A stretch of 64,000 bases of DNA from Klebsormidium nitens (lineage: Eukaryota; Plantae; Klebsormidiophyceae), in assembly GCA_000708835.1 (NCBI GenBank), contig DF237101.1, positions 1-64,000 on the forward strand. The letters run 5' to 3'. The translations under genes were made by a program, and so were the position numbers. This document shows, piece after piece, positions 23,614 to 35,564 of the stretch; the stretch's first letter is position 1, and every line of letters begins with the position of its first letter. The notes under the pieces were generated by a model. It had not been told where the DNA came from and made no database searches. It was given only the letters and a program-made list of their open reading frames with translations.

Positions 23614-26600
23614 TTACCAAGCATCTATGGGCGGTAGCTCAAACACCGACCGGTACGCCAGGTGCCCCAACGGATTCTCTAATTCCCCCGCCCAATCAAA
23701 GAGGGCGGCCCAAATGGGGTCGGCTCCCAGCGTGGCTGAGTCACCGATAATGATCAATTTCCGACGCGCCCGGGTGATGGCCACGTTAAGGCGCCGTTGA
23801 TCCGCCAGAAACCCGACGGAGCCGGAGTCGTTGCTCCGGACACAGTCGAAAACGATGACGGCTTTTTCGCGGCCCTGGAGGTTAAGAAAGCTAGGATGTC
23901 ACGTCACCCCCTCCTACCTTTGTGTAGCATCTTGATTTGTGCACTCTTTGCGTTCGAGCGCTTCGGTCACGTCTGAAACCGTTACGAAGGAGGAGCAAAA
24001 TCAGACGAGATGTAAGGCCTGAATTGACACAAATTCTGGATTAGGAGTGTTCGATGGAGGAAGGAGGAAGCTACAAGAGCACGGCTTACGAAGCAAGACA
24101 CCAATCATCATTTTGGTATCTAAAGTGCTCAACTCTGAAGAAATCCTGCTGAAAGCAAAGCTGGCTCTTTCCATCTGACGCACAGGACGCCCAACAAAAG
24201 GTCTCCAAGATCCGAATGCAGTCGACTTCGAAGAACTCAACGGATCGACAATCTGGTCAATGGAGATCCGACGGAAGGTAACTGGCTTCACACGCCGCGG
24301 CCTCAAAGATCACTCAGCTTCTGCATTCAACGGTTGCCATTCGACATTCAAAAGGAACGCGACATACCCCCGTAGAACCGACACGCCGAACTTGACCCCG
24401 TTCCTCATAAGTATTGAAGCACTTCTCAAGAAGGGCAAACAACCGCTGCCTCCTAGGGTGCGCTTAACCGCGAGCAATCGGCGCAGTCCACGCCGTGTGC
24501 ACGAAGCTTCGGTCGGATTCGCAGCTAATGTTCGAGCGAAGACGAGCAAATGGGCAGCGGCATGTGCCTGCTGCGGAAGCTGCCACGTGGCGCACCTGGA
24601 AGCCGTCCACGGAGTCCACCTCCACGCCCGCGGCCACCTCGCCCGCCAAAAGCTCCCGCAGCAGCGCAACTTGGGCCGCGTACGGGGTCACCACGCCCAC
24701 GTCAGCAGCGCCCAGGGATCCCCCTGGTAAATAAGGTCAGAATTCAACCCTCCTGGTTTGAGAAGACGGTTTGCTCGAAGTTTCCGCAGCAGCGTAACTT
24801 GAGCCGAGTAAGGGGTCACCACGCCAACGTCAGCAGGGCCCAGGGATCCCCCTGGAAAATAAGGTCAAGCACTTAACCCTCCTGGTTTGAGAAGACCGTT
24901 TGAATGAAGGCCCCGCAGGAGCATAACCCGGGCCGCGGAAGGAATCACGATGCCCACGTCAGCAAGGCCTGGGATCCCCCTGATATGTAAAAACGAAGAA
25001 GTCAGATCTCTGAAGTTTGATAACATCTGATTTAAAGATCGTGGATACTCGAACACCCGTCCTGCCGCGTTATCAAAAATGTGTCCAAGGAAACACATAA
25101 ATACAGATCAAGGCCTCGATCATTCTGAACAAAGCATATCGCTGTAGCACAAGTTCGAATCCCTTCAAGCAGCGCGACTTGGGTCGTACGGGGGCCGGCG
25201 CTTCATGACGAGTATCCCATCTTCCCTGCTGCAAAGACTCCTCAACAACTTTCTCGAAGCATGACAAGAAGGAGGACGATCGGCGAGGAGCGAGAAGCCG
25301 CGGACATCCGAAAGTCATAAAGAGGGTAGGAAGCACTTGAGAGGAGATAGAAACAGGTTGGAACGAGTACCAGGCGAAATCATCAAATATGTGCGACCTC
25401 AATCGAAAAACATAAGCACGGCTTTTCTTTGAGCAGCCCACCAACGCGGCAGACCAACGTCCGCTTACCGATCCCGACCAGTTCTCGGACGACGCGGGCG
25501 GTCAGCTCCGCCTGCCCGGGGTTCGACGTCGAAAAGTCGGAAGCAGTGGCTTCCCCCCGGGCGCTCTCCTCTCCCTTCTCCTCGTCGAAGCCGGCCCCGG
25601 CTGTGTCGATGACTTCGAGCCAGCAGCCGTCCCGAAGGGTCGCCAAAACCTGCGGAAGTGGGGGTAAGGTGCCCGGTTTAGGAGAGCTCTGGTTGTTGCA
25701 GGTTTGATCTCTTCGGCCGGTTTGGAAGCTGGAATGGCTGACGCTGTTGCGCAGGCAGGGAAAGCTTCTTAGAAGAGGCTGAAAGCATTTTAGAAGCTTC
25801 GTGAATCTTGAATCTGTTGCCGAGGACGAGAAGCCATCCAGAAGAGCGATGGGAGTGTTCCCGCATAACAGGCACCGTTGATGAAGCCATTGCCGAACGG
25901 ATTTCCGTATATGCAATCGAAGAAAAGCTTGCAAAGACGCTTGCTTCCACACAACCCGCTCTATATAAATCCGAGACTCGTACCATTCATTGCTCACGCC
26001 GCCCGTTGACGGCAGCCCAGAGCAAGACCGATTTTGGATCACAGTGCTGACCTGGCGTGCCCCAAGCTGACGTCACCCACCTCGCTGCTTCCGTTAAGAG
26101 GTTCCGTTTCTTCCGTTGGCGCTCCGGCCCGCAGCCCGCCGCCGTAGAACGCCGCCGACGGGAAGGCCATCAAGGCGCTCGGCATGCGGTACTGCGTGCG
26201 GAGCGCGGCGGAGTAGCGGCCTGGACAATCTTCCCTGTGACGGGAGTCGCGATCGTGGGCAAAGGAAGCTAGAAAAGCTGAGGCGGAGGATACTCGTGAT
26301 GTTGGAGGGTGTGGAAAACATCTTGGGTGTGCGGTATGCGAGAACTTGGACATGCGGTACTGTGTGCAAAGAGCAGCGGAGTAGCGCCCTAAACAAAACC
26401 CCTGTGAGACGGGTACTGAGACTTTGGGCAGAGAATGCTGGAATCTCAGGCGGTGTCTACTTAGTATGTTGAAGAGGATCGGAAATTCTCTTAAAAGGCT
26501 GGGTATGCGGTAATGGATGCGAAGAGCAGCGCAGTAAGGCCCCAAACAGTACTCTCTAAGAAGTTGGGCAGACAACAAGTTCATAAGCAGGCAAAGGTAA

Positions 26601-29600
26601 CCCACCGCTCGTGCTCCGTCTCTTCCTTCGCCAGCAGCGCTCCCCGGGCGGTTTCCAGCAGCCGCGTCTTTTCCTCGTCACCGCTGAATCGGTCAAAACT
26701 CGAGCCGAGCCCCCCGCCGTCCCGCTCCATCAGTTCCTCAAACAGAGTGGCGCTCAGACCGCCGCCCTTTTCGCTCGCGCCCTCTGTAAAAGAGGGCGTG
26801 ATTGAGGTTGGTGTTTCTTATCGCCCGGAAGACAGCCACGTGGCTCGGGAATGTGAGGGCACAGTAACTAGCTTCACGGCCGCCACCTTACTCGCCCGCG
26901 CCCTCTGTAAACGAGTGCGTGATATGCTCCGAGATTCCGCTGTCGCATGTTTTATGGAAAGGGGACACGTGACCTGGACAGTTGGCGCCCGATTACTGAT
27001 CCAAGATACAATGGATGCGTGCAGGGACGCAAAAAGCGGCCATGACCCATTTGCCTTGTCTCTTGGACTTTTCCGCAAACCGTGTCACCCGTGCACTGCA
27101 CTTTGCATCGGTCAATTTTTGAGCAACGCTTCAGAATGCGTCCCACAAGATTGAACGGCTATGCTGCGCTCTCAATATGAAAGTTCTACGCAGATTGCAG
27201 AGGCCCATCAGTAGCTGTTGGATGACGGGAGATTCTCCTTTCTCCTTCCCGCCGCCCTGAGATTCCGTCTCAACTAAGCCACGGCGTCAAAACCCTCATT
27301 GATAGACAGACACAACGGCTGCTGACGTCACCATGTACGTCAGCATCGCGTACCTGCGATGACTGTGGGCGGCAGCTGGCGATGGTCCCCCGCGAGCACC
27401 AGCACGGGCCCATTCACACCGAGGTCCGCCCCGGGGGGGTACTTGAGGAAGGGCAGCGCGAGCAGGAGCGCGGGGGTCACAGCCTGGCTCGCCTCGTCAA
27501 CGATCGCGCAGTCGAAGCGACGCAGATCGTCGTCGTTCACTTCCTGCAATAGAATAACAAAGGTTTTGAACCGTGCTCTCGTTACTTCCGTACCTTTGTC
27601 TTTGTTTGCTTCCTTCGCTTTTTGTGTCGTTTCCTTTGACCAGCAACCGCACTTGATGCATCCTCCTCTTGTCAAAGCGGCGCAAATCGTCGTCGTTTAT
27701 TTGCTACCGATAAGAGTGAGAGGCTTGTGTGTTCGTTTAATTTCCCCTTCTCCGTCATATTCGTGACCGTTACTTTGAGCGACAATGCAACGATGGCGTT
27801 CTTTTTGTCAGCTTCGCTGTCAAAGCGGCGCAGATCTTTGGATCTTTGTCGTTCACGTCCTGCGACTGGTATCTCAGAGCGTTTTGTCGGTTCTAGCATT
27901 TCTCTGGTTCCTCCTGCTCCCCTCGTGTGGTTTGTCCTTTCCTCTTGACCTTTTAGTTCTTCTTGCACTTTGCTCGCTGGCTTTTTCCTGCTCGTGTGTC
28001 CACTAAGCGGCGCACAGCAGAGCTTGATCGTTACGTACACCGCTCGCAAGATGGTCAGAACTCCTTCAAGCCTTCATTGGCTTGGTATGAATTCCCCCAT
28101 CCATCAACGTACCAATCCCTTGCAAATGCCTCAGGAAATCGTAATTTGCTCTGCCCTGAGAGAACAAATCTCGCTCTCAAACCTCCCGCAGCCTCATTAG
28201 TCATGCTTCTTCGTAGTTTGATATCTCTAAGAGCTCCCCGCCACAGCGCCCACCTGAAGCGACCCCGAGAACCCGGTTAGGGTTCCGCACAAGACCTTGA
28301 CGCTCCGCAGCACGCCCGTGACGGCCTGCCGCTCTAGTTTTCGCGCGTCCTTGAACAGCACGGCCGCCTCCTTGCGCGCCTCCCGCCGCCTCTGCCCGCC
28401 GTCTGCAGCTCGCACCCACCTGCGGAGAAATCCATAAGTCAGAAACAAACCGGAACAGAACCGGTTACGGCGCCGAACCAATATGAGGGATCATCCTTTC
28501 AGCATTCAATAACGTAGTGGCGGCTTCAGTGGAGTCGAGCAGCCATTGTGGGCGAGCCGAAAATCTAGCCCGTTGAGACTTGTGAAGTCATCAACGTTGA
28601 AGTCTTGAATTGGTGCTGACGTGCTTGACCTCGACCAAGAGGTCGTCCCTGATTTTTGGAAGTGCTTAAAAACGAAGACCAGCATTCTACCATCGGCACA
28701 AGTGAAAGAGATTCGTGAAAGTGGGTTACCACGTGAAGGGGTGCTGAAGGGAAAGATCTGCCTCCGCGGAATCGCTCGGGAAGTGACAGCGAAAATAGAA
28801 AAAGAATCTCGCAATGGCTTATGCGAAATCGCGACAACAGATTTGATTTGGGGTAAGCAAATCGTATAATCCTCTGCTATGTGTCTACTTCCTCATCCCC
28901 AAACGATAAGTGGGAAAAGAACGTCAGACCAAAAGTCGGACACAAACACCGAAGAGAGAGCCAAAAGCATGATAAAGAAGCTCGAATTGCGAGTCGCCTA
29001 GTGACGCAGAGCTTGCCGCATGGGAGAGCAAAAGAGTCCAAAAGAACAGGGAGAACATGTAACGTACGAGATTTTTTTTTGCCCAACATCTGGAGAACAA
29101 ACTTTGAAGAAAACTCGGAAAGAGTGTGGGGAAGCTGCGCGTACCTACTTGTGAGAAGCTGCGACGGCCGCAAAGGCGTCTCGTCGGAGGCGGGCCGCCA
29201 TAACGGATTCAGGGCGCTGCTCTTGGAGCGCCTCCAAAGTATGAGCCGCCAACGCGGGGCTAACGCGCTCTGCACGTCGGAGGACCTGGATTTTTAAACG
29301 ATTCCGAGATCCTTACATTCGGTTTTTTGAGAGACTCATGCAGAGGATTGATTCTCATAATGTCCGATTTGTAGTAATTCAGGATGTCGAGACTCGAAAT
29401 AAGGGTTCGATCGCCAGAGTGACTTCAAGCTCTTGACACCCCAGTCCGCGCCAGCTCTACCTTCTCATCCTAGTGTTTTCAGCAAATAGAACTCAGGGAG
29501 CTGAGGTTCATGCATGCGTTTCAGACGAGTTGGAAGAGTCTAGGAAGGCAACTATGACTTGAAGTGCAGGAAATGATGCCACACGCACCTGGCACCCCCG

Positions 29601-32600
29601 CACGAGCCACCTTTGATTTTGGCTCCGCAGCCAGCAGCGCAGTTGCCACATTGTCAACGGCGGCATTGGACGCAGCGGCAACCAGAACTCTTTGCCCTGC
29701 AGAACGGCAGGCGAACCAAGGCCTTTTAATAGTGAACGTGGCGTCTAAATGAGGCCGGGATAGAATGCGGGCTCGGGTTCCGGTTCCAAAATTTCGAATT
29801 TCGCAATGGTCTTGTGTACAAAATAATCTTAAGTCGACATCAGATCCTTGTTCGGCTTGGCAGAAACACCTTGGAACACGGCCTCTGAAGCGTGAGGCTA
29901 GCTCTCTTTGGACTTTCAAAGCGAACGGGTCTTGTCGCGCAAGTTGCAATGGCAGCGATACTTTTACGGCTCGTTTCTGAGCTCCTCTCATGCTTGCGCT
30001 CCCCTCTGATTCAGATGTTGACATCGATAAGCCACCCAAAACAACACTCGTAATCTCAGTTGTGAACAACAGAATGAAGCACGAGGCTAGCATTCCAGCA
30101 TTAGAAAGCCCAGAAGCCTGGCTCAAGCTCTGCATCCTGCCGCAATCTCCATTCCGCACTCAGATGAAGCTCTTCAACATTTTTGGGAATCTCTTGGTTC
30201 GTAGGGTGATAAGCAACTGCCAATATTTAAAAACCCTACTGTGATTTGCGGTGAAACGTAAACGTACCCGCCCCAACCCTCTGTCGGATAACCTCGACGA
30301 GCGTCCGCGTCTTGCCGGTTCCAAACGGCCCGTGCAGCAGCGCCACGGGGGATCCCCCGCCGTCCCCAAGCCCGTTCACACACAGCCGCACTGCCCGCCT
30401 CTGCTCCTCGTTCAACCCGGTGTCCAGACTTTTGAAGCTTTCCTCCTGAAATACCGCAGAACCCTGGCTCCGCTGATCCCTTTGTTTTCCGTTTCCGTTT
30501 CCGTTTCCGGTCGACTCACTCGGGCCGCTGGTGCTGGCGGAACTGTTGGACTCTTGCCGGGCCGCGAGAGTGTCGGGGAATTCGGTAGCGGTCTCGAGCG
30601 TCGCGCCCAGAAGCGACTCCAAGAAGCGCGCCATAGGCCCCTCGGCTCGAAGGCACTCTGCAGAGAAGAGGAGCGGAAGCGTTATTCTTCGCATCTCGCG
30701 CTTTCTTACATGTCATGTCATGCTTAGGAGACTATTAAGGGCTTGGTGGGCCCAGTCACAATGACCCGGTAGACGCTTAGACATGTCGTCTGTTTTACAT
30801 AGGCTCGTTCTCAACCAAGCGTCCTCGGAAGACCCTCCGTTTCTTTAAATGACCGACACGTGACCGGAGGCTGGAAGCCACGGGTGCCGTGATCCGAACA
30901 TCTCTGGCTACGGAGTCCAATGAAGTTCGCCGGATACAGCGCCAAGATGGTGAGACAGATTGACCTTATAACCCACAACTCTCAGCATCGTCTGTATTCT
31001 TCACGAGTCCGATCCAGGAATGTGACCTGCTGAAACCGCATCCTGAGCAGAAAACCTCAAACCCCACGCCCCAGGGACTTTCCGCCCGTCAGCCATACCA
31101 TATTTTCATTATCGTCCAATTTCGAAAGCCAAACGGCGGCCCCAGGAGTTGCCATGGAGCGGTTGTAGAACCAACTGATATCTGACATGTGCACTTTGCA
31201 AGCACAGTAAACAAGGCCTCACCATTAATGACTGAGCGCATTCTGTCGAAGGTGGCCCTGTCAGGGACCAGTAAAAAGTCGAGCCCGCCCGACTTGGTTG
31301 CCGGCCGTTCCGCGTCATTCTCCTCGTCCTGGCCCGGGGGACGGTCGAAGACGATGCTCATTCGACCGGAGCGACACCATGCCACGCGCCCTGTGAAAGG
31401 GACATGTGGTGAGAAGTTGAGGATTTTAGGCATATTTTATGTGTTCCTCGCCTCCTCTTCCTCTTGGTCAGATCTCCATTGCAAGATGATGTATCTCTCG
31501 TTTTCAGGAGAAGTGGAGGAGGTAGTAAAGCGGACGGATGAGACACGAGCCCCTCATCAGAGGCAGCCTGACCGTCGGGATTACTCCAAATGGTCGGAAG
31601 CGAGAGAGGGAGATCCCCTCGAACCACACCGCGTGTCAGAATCTGTCAACACAACTGTAAATGAGACGAAGTGGCGACATAAGGAGAGACGTGTCCAGCC
31701 TGTACTGTATTGCTCCAGAGGTAGCATGTATGTGGATCGATATATGAGGACTCGAAGAACGAGTCAGGCCTAGAAACGGGAAGATCTTCACGTGGGGCTT
31801 CGGCTGCTGCCAGTCTCACTTCTGAACCACTCCAACATTTGCTGAAATAAACTTTCACGAGTGGCAAAAGATACCCGATGTTTCTTCATGCAAACCCAGC
31901 TTCTGGCAACATTGATAACTTGAGAGAAGCCCCTTCTCGACGATCGGGAAGTGAACCCCTATTTCTTCAAACATCTCAGGTGTGTGCATGAAAATACTGG
32001 CAATCTGAAGCTTCTTAAGCTGAAGACGAAACTCGGTGTTTTATCCGGGTTGACTTGTTAGGACAGACTGTCAGCCTCACCGGGGGGCTCATTCTCTGCC
32101 ACAGCCCACCCCCCCGCCCCATCCTCTTTCCTGATCGCCAGCCGCACCGCCGCGCCCGGGCGCGCGCGCTGCCCGAACTTTGCCACGTGGCCCTTCTTGC
32201 TGACGTCAGCGTTTTCGCCGATGATCCACCGCTCCTTCCCGAAAGCTGCCGCGTCTCGTTCAAGCAGAACCGCTCCCCGCAGCAAAAGGCCTTGAGACTC
32301 GAGCTGGCGCCAAGAGGCGCCGGGGGGGGCAGATGCGGACGACGCTTCTTCTTCCAGGTCGACCAGCTTCGACAAAGAATCATCCGGGTATGAGAGAATT
32401 CTTGAGAGTAACTCATCTCTTCGGGGATAGATGGATGCGAGCACACCATGAAGGATCAGTATCAAAGCAGCAGAGGCTTCAAGATTACCTAGAGACACCC
32501 AGGGCTCCAGACTTAATTCAGTTTTTTAAAAGGGGGCGGGACAAGGGACAGCTTTTCTAGTTCTAAGAAGTCAGCCATGAGGGGATTGGGCCATGCGCAT

Positions 32601-33338
32601 CAGTTGTTAAACCCCCTGCAAATTGAGCTTACTGCAGTTCTTTTCTGACCATGTTGGAAGCTATCAGCCCATCGTCAAAGAAGCTCAAGAACGATGTAGA
32701 AAGGCAACCCTCACCCAAAACCCGTTGGCCATAGGGCGCCCCGTTGTGAGAGAAACTTCCTGGCGTTTTGTGGATGTTTTTGAACCTAATGCCCAGAAGT
32801 TCCAGGGCATAAAAGTTGTTCAAAGGCCCACCTCTTTGTACTTCTCAAGGCGCTCCTTCGCCCCAAGTCTGGTGGCGGTCATCCGCCGCTCCTTTCCCGT
32901 CCCCTGGCTCTCGTGGCCCAACCCGAGTTTCTCCGCCCACTCATGCGCCACCAGTCGGTCTTTCTTGCTCAGTGAAACTGGCAGCGCTATCTCTGCCTGA
33001 CCCCCAGTACCATTTCTCAGCTCCAGTAGCAAGCGCTTCACTTCAGCTGCACTGAATTCTACACTCCTCTCTGTCTGGACTGCAGTTGATGGTGCGCTGG
33101 AATCTAGACTGGTGGCAGTAGGGGTGGCACGGGCGATGGAAGTTGAGAGTTGGCGAAAGCTCTCCGTTTGCTCCTTTGCGAATCGTGGCAGCCTTGGAAT
33201 TTTTGAAAGAAAGAGTGGTGTGCGTGAAGATACAAAAAGAGCACGCCGACTGTGATCTAAGTCCCGAGAGTCGGCGCTTCTTGAAAGGCCCAAAAGCTGC
33301 TTCCAGGGGCTCAAGAAATGGCACGAAAGCGAGTCCAT
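23614..33338 (-). CDS. SF1 helicase, IGHMBP2/DNA2/NAM7-like, with N-terminal R3H domain (13 exons, about 945 aa)
   Basis: Exons 33338-32832, 32366-32081, 31390-31223, 30657-30268, 29696-29589, 29269-29149, 28419-28254, 27543-27354, 26783-26606, 26234-26081, 25649-25469, 24723-24596, 23874-23614; phases close. Motifs R3H (LSKKDRLVAHEWAEKLGLGHESQG), HGPFGTGKT, ASNAAVDN, IVDEASQ, GDHRQLPP, TLFEEL, QYRM, VTPYAAQV, VDGFQGREK and RRLNVAITRAR. Confidence 0.92.
24724..24995 (-). repeat. Acceptor echo array of helicase exon 12 (2 copies)
   Basis: Copies at about 24781-24850 (reads GGSLGPADVGVVTPYSAQVTLLR) and about 24911-24983, versus the real GGSLGAADVGVVTPYAAQVALLR. Confidence 0.92.
26235..26560 (-). 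repeat. Acceptor echo array of helicase exon 10 (2 copies)
   Basis: Copies at about 26348-26413 (GRYSAALCTQYRM) and 26501-26560 (GPYCAALRIHYRI), versus the real GRYSAALRTQYRM. Confidence 0.9.
26784..26920 (-). repeat. Single acceptor echo of helicase exon 9
   Basis: Plus strand CTTACTCGCCCGCGCCCTCTGTAAACGAGTGCGTGAT versus the real CTTTTCGCTCGCGCCCTCTGTAAAAGAGGGCGTGAT. Confidence 0.85.
27544..27870 (-). repeat. Acceptor echo copies of helicase exon 8 (2 copies)
   Basis: Plus strand GTCAAAGCGGCGCAAATCGTCGTCGTT (about 27671) and GTCAAAGCGGCGCAGATC...GTCGTTCACGTCCTGC (about 27819), versus the real GTCGAAGCGACGCAGATCGTCGTCGTTCACTTCCTGC. Confidence 0.8.
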
Positions 33339-33849
33339 TGTTGTTTGAGTAGCCTTTCCCTCCTTCGTCACTTGAAGTATCAAGCAGACTCCAGCCACTT
33401 TTCTTCACACACAAGCTTCCAATCTATGGCCCAGATAGCCTGGGCCCTAAGGGCCTTCCCCTCCTCCCCTCCTTCCCCTCGAGTGTCAACTGGTGTGTGT
33501 GTGTGTCAGGGGAACTTGGCGCCACCCTCTTCGGAGTCTTTGGTTGGCACTTGAAGTTGGGGAGCTTGGCGCCCCCCTCTCTAACTTTAAGCTGCCACTG
33601 CCAGATCGGACACTTCAGTTCAACTGCAAGTCCTGAGTTCAAAGTTTTAACTCTTGATGGCTGAGCATTCTCTAGAGTCCAGACTTCGAATCCGACGGCG
33701 ATGGACTTGAATATTTTCCCGCCTGCGTTGATTCCTGACCTCGATCTTTTAGACTAGGTACTCTCCTTGAGTTGAAGGCAATGCAGCAAACTCCTCGACA
33801 AGGAACTAATAGCTAGACGAAGCACACATCCATTCCCTTTGCCCCTTAT

Positions 33850-34890
33850 TATGTAGCTTTTGACCTCCTCCACAGCTATCAATGACCAGTATGGCGGCAA
33901 CTGGTGCGATCAGCTCATGTCACCTGAACCCCAGATGCTTTGCAGGCAGAGATACGACTGCGGCTCCGACAATATCTACTGCTGCGTTCCATCAATTACC
34001 GCCTCATGTATCAAAAGCGATCCACCCTCTCAGATTTGCAGAGTCTGTGTGCGATCATCGCGGTTTTCTTCTGCTGAGAAGTGGAGTACTTGCGGCAGCA
34101 TTGTGCAACGTGGGCGGAGGAAAAAGAACTAGAGAGGCGGGATGTCGGGCCGCAGACAGCGCAGGCGCAGGGGGGTGAGCACTTCTCCAGCATGTGCAGT
34201 TTTGTGAGACTCTTTGCAGCGTTCCAGAGGAATGCTCTGTAGGGGGATCAAGCAGGTATTATATCAGCTCTTGTCAGGAGCAGTATTACCCGCCAATGCA
34301 GGGGAGGATCTGTGCCTCTACTAATATACAGCGCTTTCATAGGGCCTCATGTGCAATCTAAAGTCGTTCTTAATGAAGCTCTTGGTGTTGAGAGCTGGTT
34401 TCCTTGCCACAATATACCAACCGCAGTCACGGGTCTAAATATATTTTGATTGAAATGGCCTGCAATCAAGCATCAGGCTGACTGTGTCCTTCCATAACGC
34501 CCTTTACAATCGGATCGGATCTTGTCCACTGGAGCAACCCACAATCAGGAACTTGGAGTACATTTTGACCCACGGAAAAGCACTGAAACTGGGGGCCCGC
34601 AAGTTGGTTATTTTCTGCTGACACTGTTGTAAATCAGGATTTTCAGTAACCGACCTCTCTTCTAATCCGGCAGTTGATCAAAGATGGTGTATCGGTGCTC
34701 GCTAATTGAGAACATGGGGTGGCCAGGAAGTCAATGCTCCTCTTGCCTCTGCTCCTTGAATTTCCCTCAGATTTCCTAAATCGCCGGTGCCCCAACTTAC
34801 CTCATCACCTGGCGCTTTCACTTGGTCAACACATGGTGCGACCACGTTCAGGTTCCATGCAAGTAATTTGAGCTGAGTTGGCGCCAACTA
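33850..34890 (-). mobile_element. Possible highly decayed LINE AP-endonuclease remnant
   Basis: Minus-strand fragments LKLLAWNLN (like the WNVxG motif) and LIAGHFN (like GDFN) in the expected order, with many stops and frame changes. No RT domain seen. Confidence 0.25.
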
Positions 34891-35179
34891 AATGACGCTG
34901 TTCGCACTCCCAGTTGATTCATCAGCAGTCCCTTACTTGATTCAGCACCATACATTGCTCGCTTGATCGTCATTGGCTCAAGGAACGCTGCTGATTCCCT
35001 TTGCTTTACAAATGCAAAATTTCATTCTTCAGTCGAGCCTTTCTTTCATGACAGTGATTCGAAGAACTGCATTTTCGCACTTGCACAGCCTACATTTGTT
35101 CGCCAGCACAGTGTTTCAGACAACTCTGCCGGTTCCCTTTCTCCACAAGCCAAAAGTTCCACTGCCCATCACCTTTCTT

Positions 35180-35564
35180 TCCCGTCAGTGACTTCAACCA
35201 CGTTGCGGGAGTCCTTAGTTTTACAGTTCAAAATTCATTACCATGCACCGCTCTCCTTCCTGTCAGTGCTTTCAAAAGCACGCCACCTCCCTCACTTTAA
35301 GAACCCACATTTATTGCCAATCACCGCTTTCTTTTGCCCCAGTGGTTCAAGAAACGGTGCTGGTTTCCTGACTTTCATAACCCATTGAAATTGCCTTTCT
35401 TTCCGACACTGGTTTAAGAACGCTGCTAATCTCCTCACTTTATCAGCCCACATTCTCATCAGCATCTACCACTTTCCTTTCCCCCAGCAATTCAAAGTTC
35501 GCTCCTAATGTCCTCACTTCATCAGCAACAAATTCATTGCCAGCTCCCGATTTCCTTTCCCCAG
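35180..35564 (+). repeat. Acceptor echo array of the first resolved PTST2 exon (about 5 copies, about 75-bp period)
   Basis: TTTCCCCAG|TGGTTCAAGGAACGGTGC-like units near 35190, 35262, 35338, 35405 and 35484; real acceptor at 35564. Confidence 0.75.

Noticed and set aside
26039-26605. 188-aa minus-strand ORF with three YxAAL..YR repeats
   Set aside because: It is the helicase intron with echo copies read through into the real exon; it begins at the GT donor and is not a separate gene.
27320-27345. TGCTGACGTCA plus a small hairpin in a helicase intron (also AGCTGACGTCA near 26066 and TTGACGTCA near 60574)
   Set aside because: Box B is missing, so these are not counted as members of the bipartite family.
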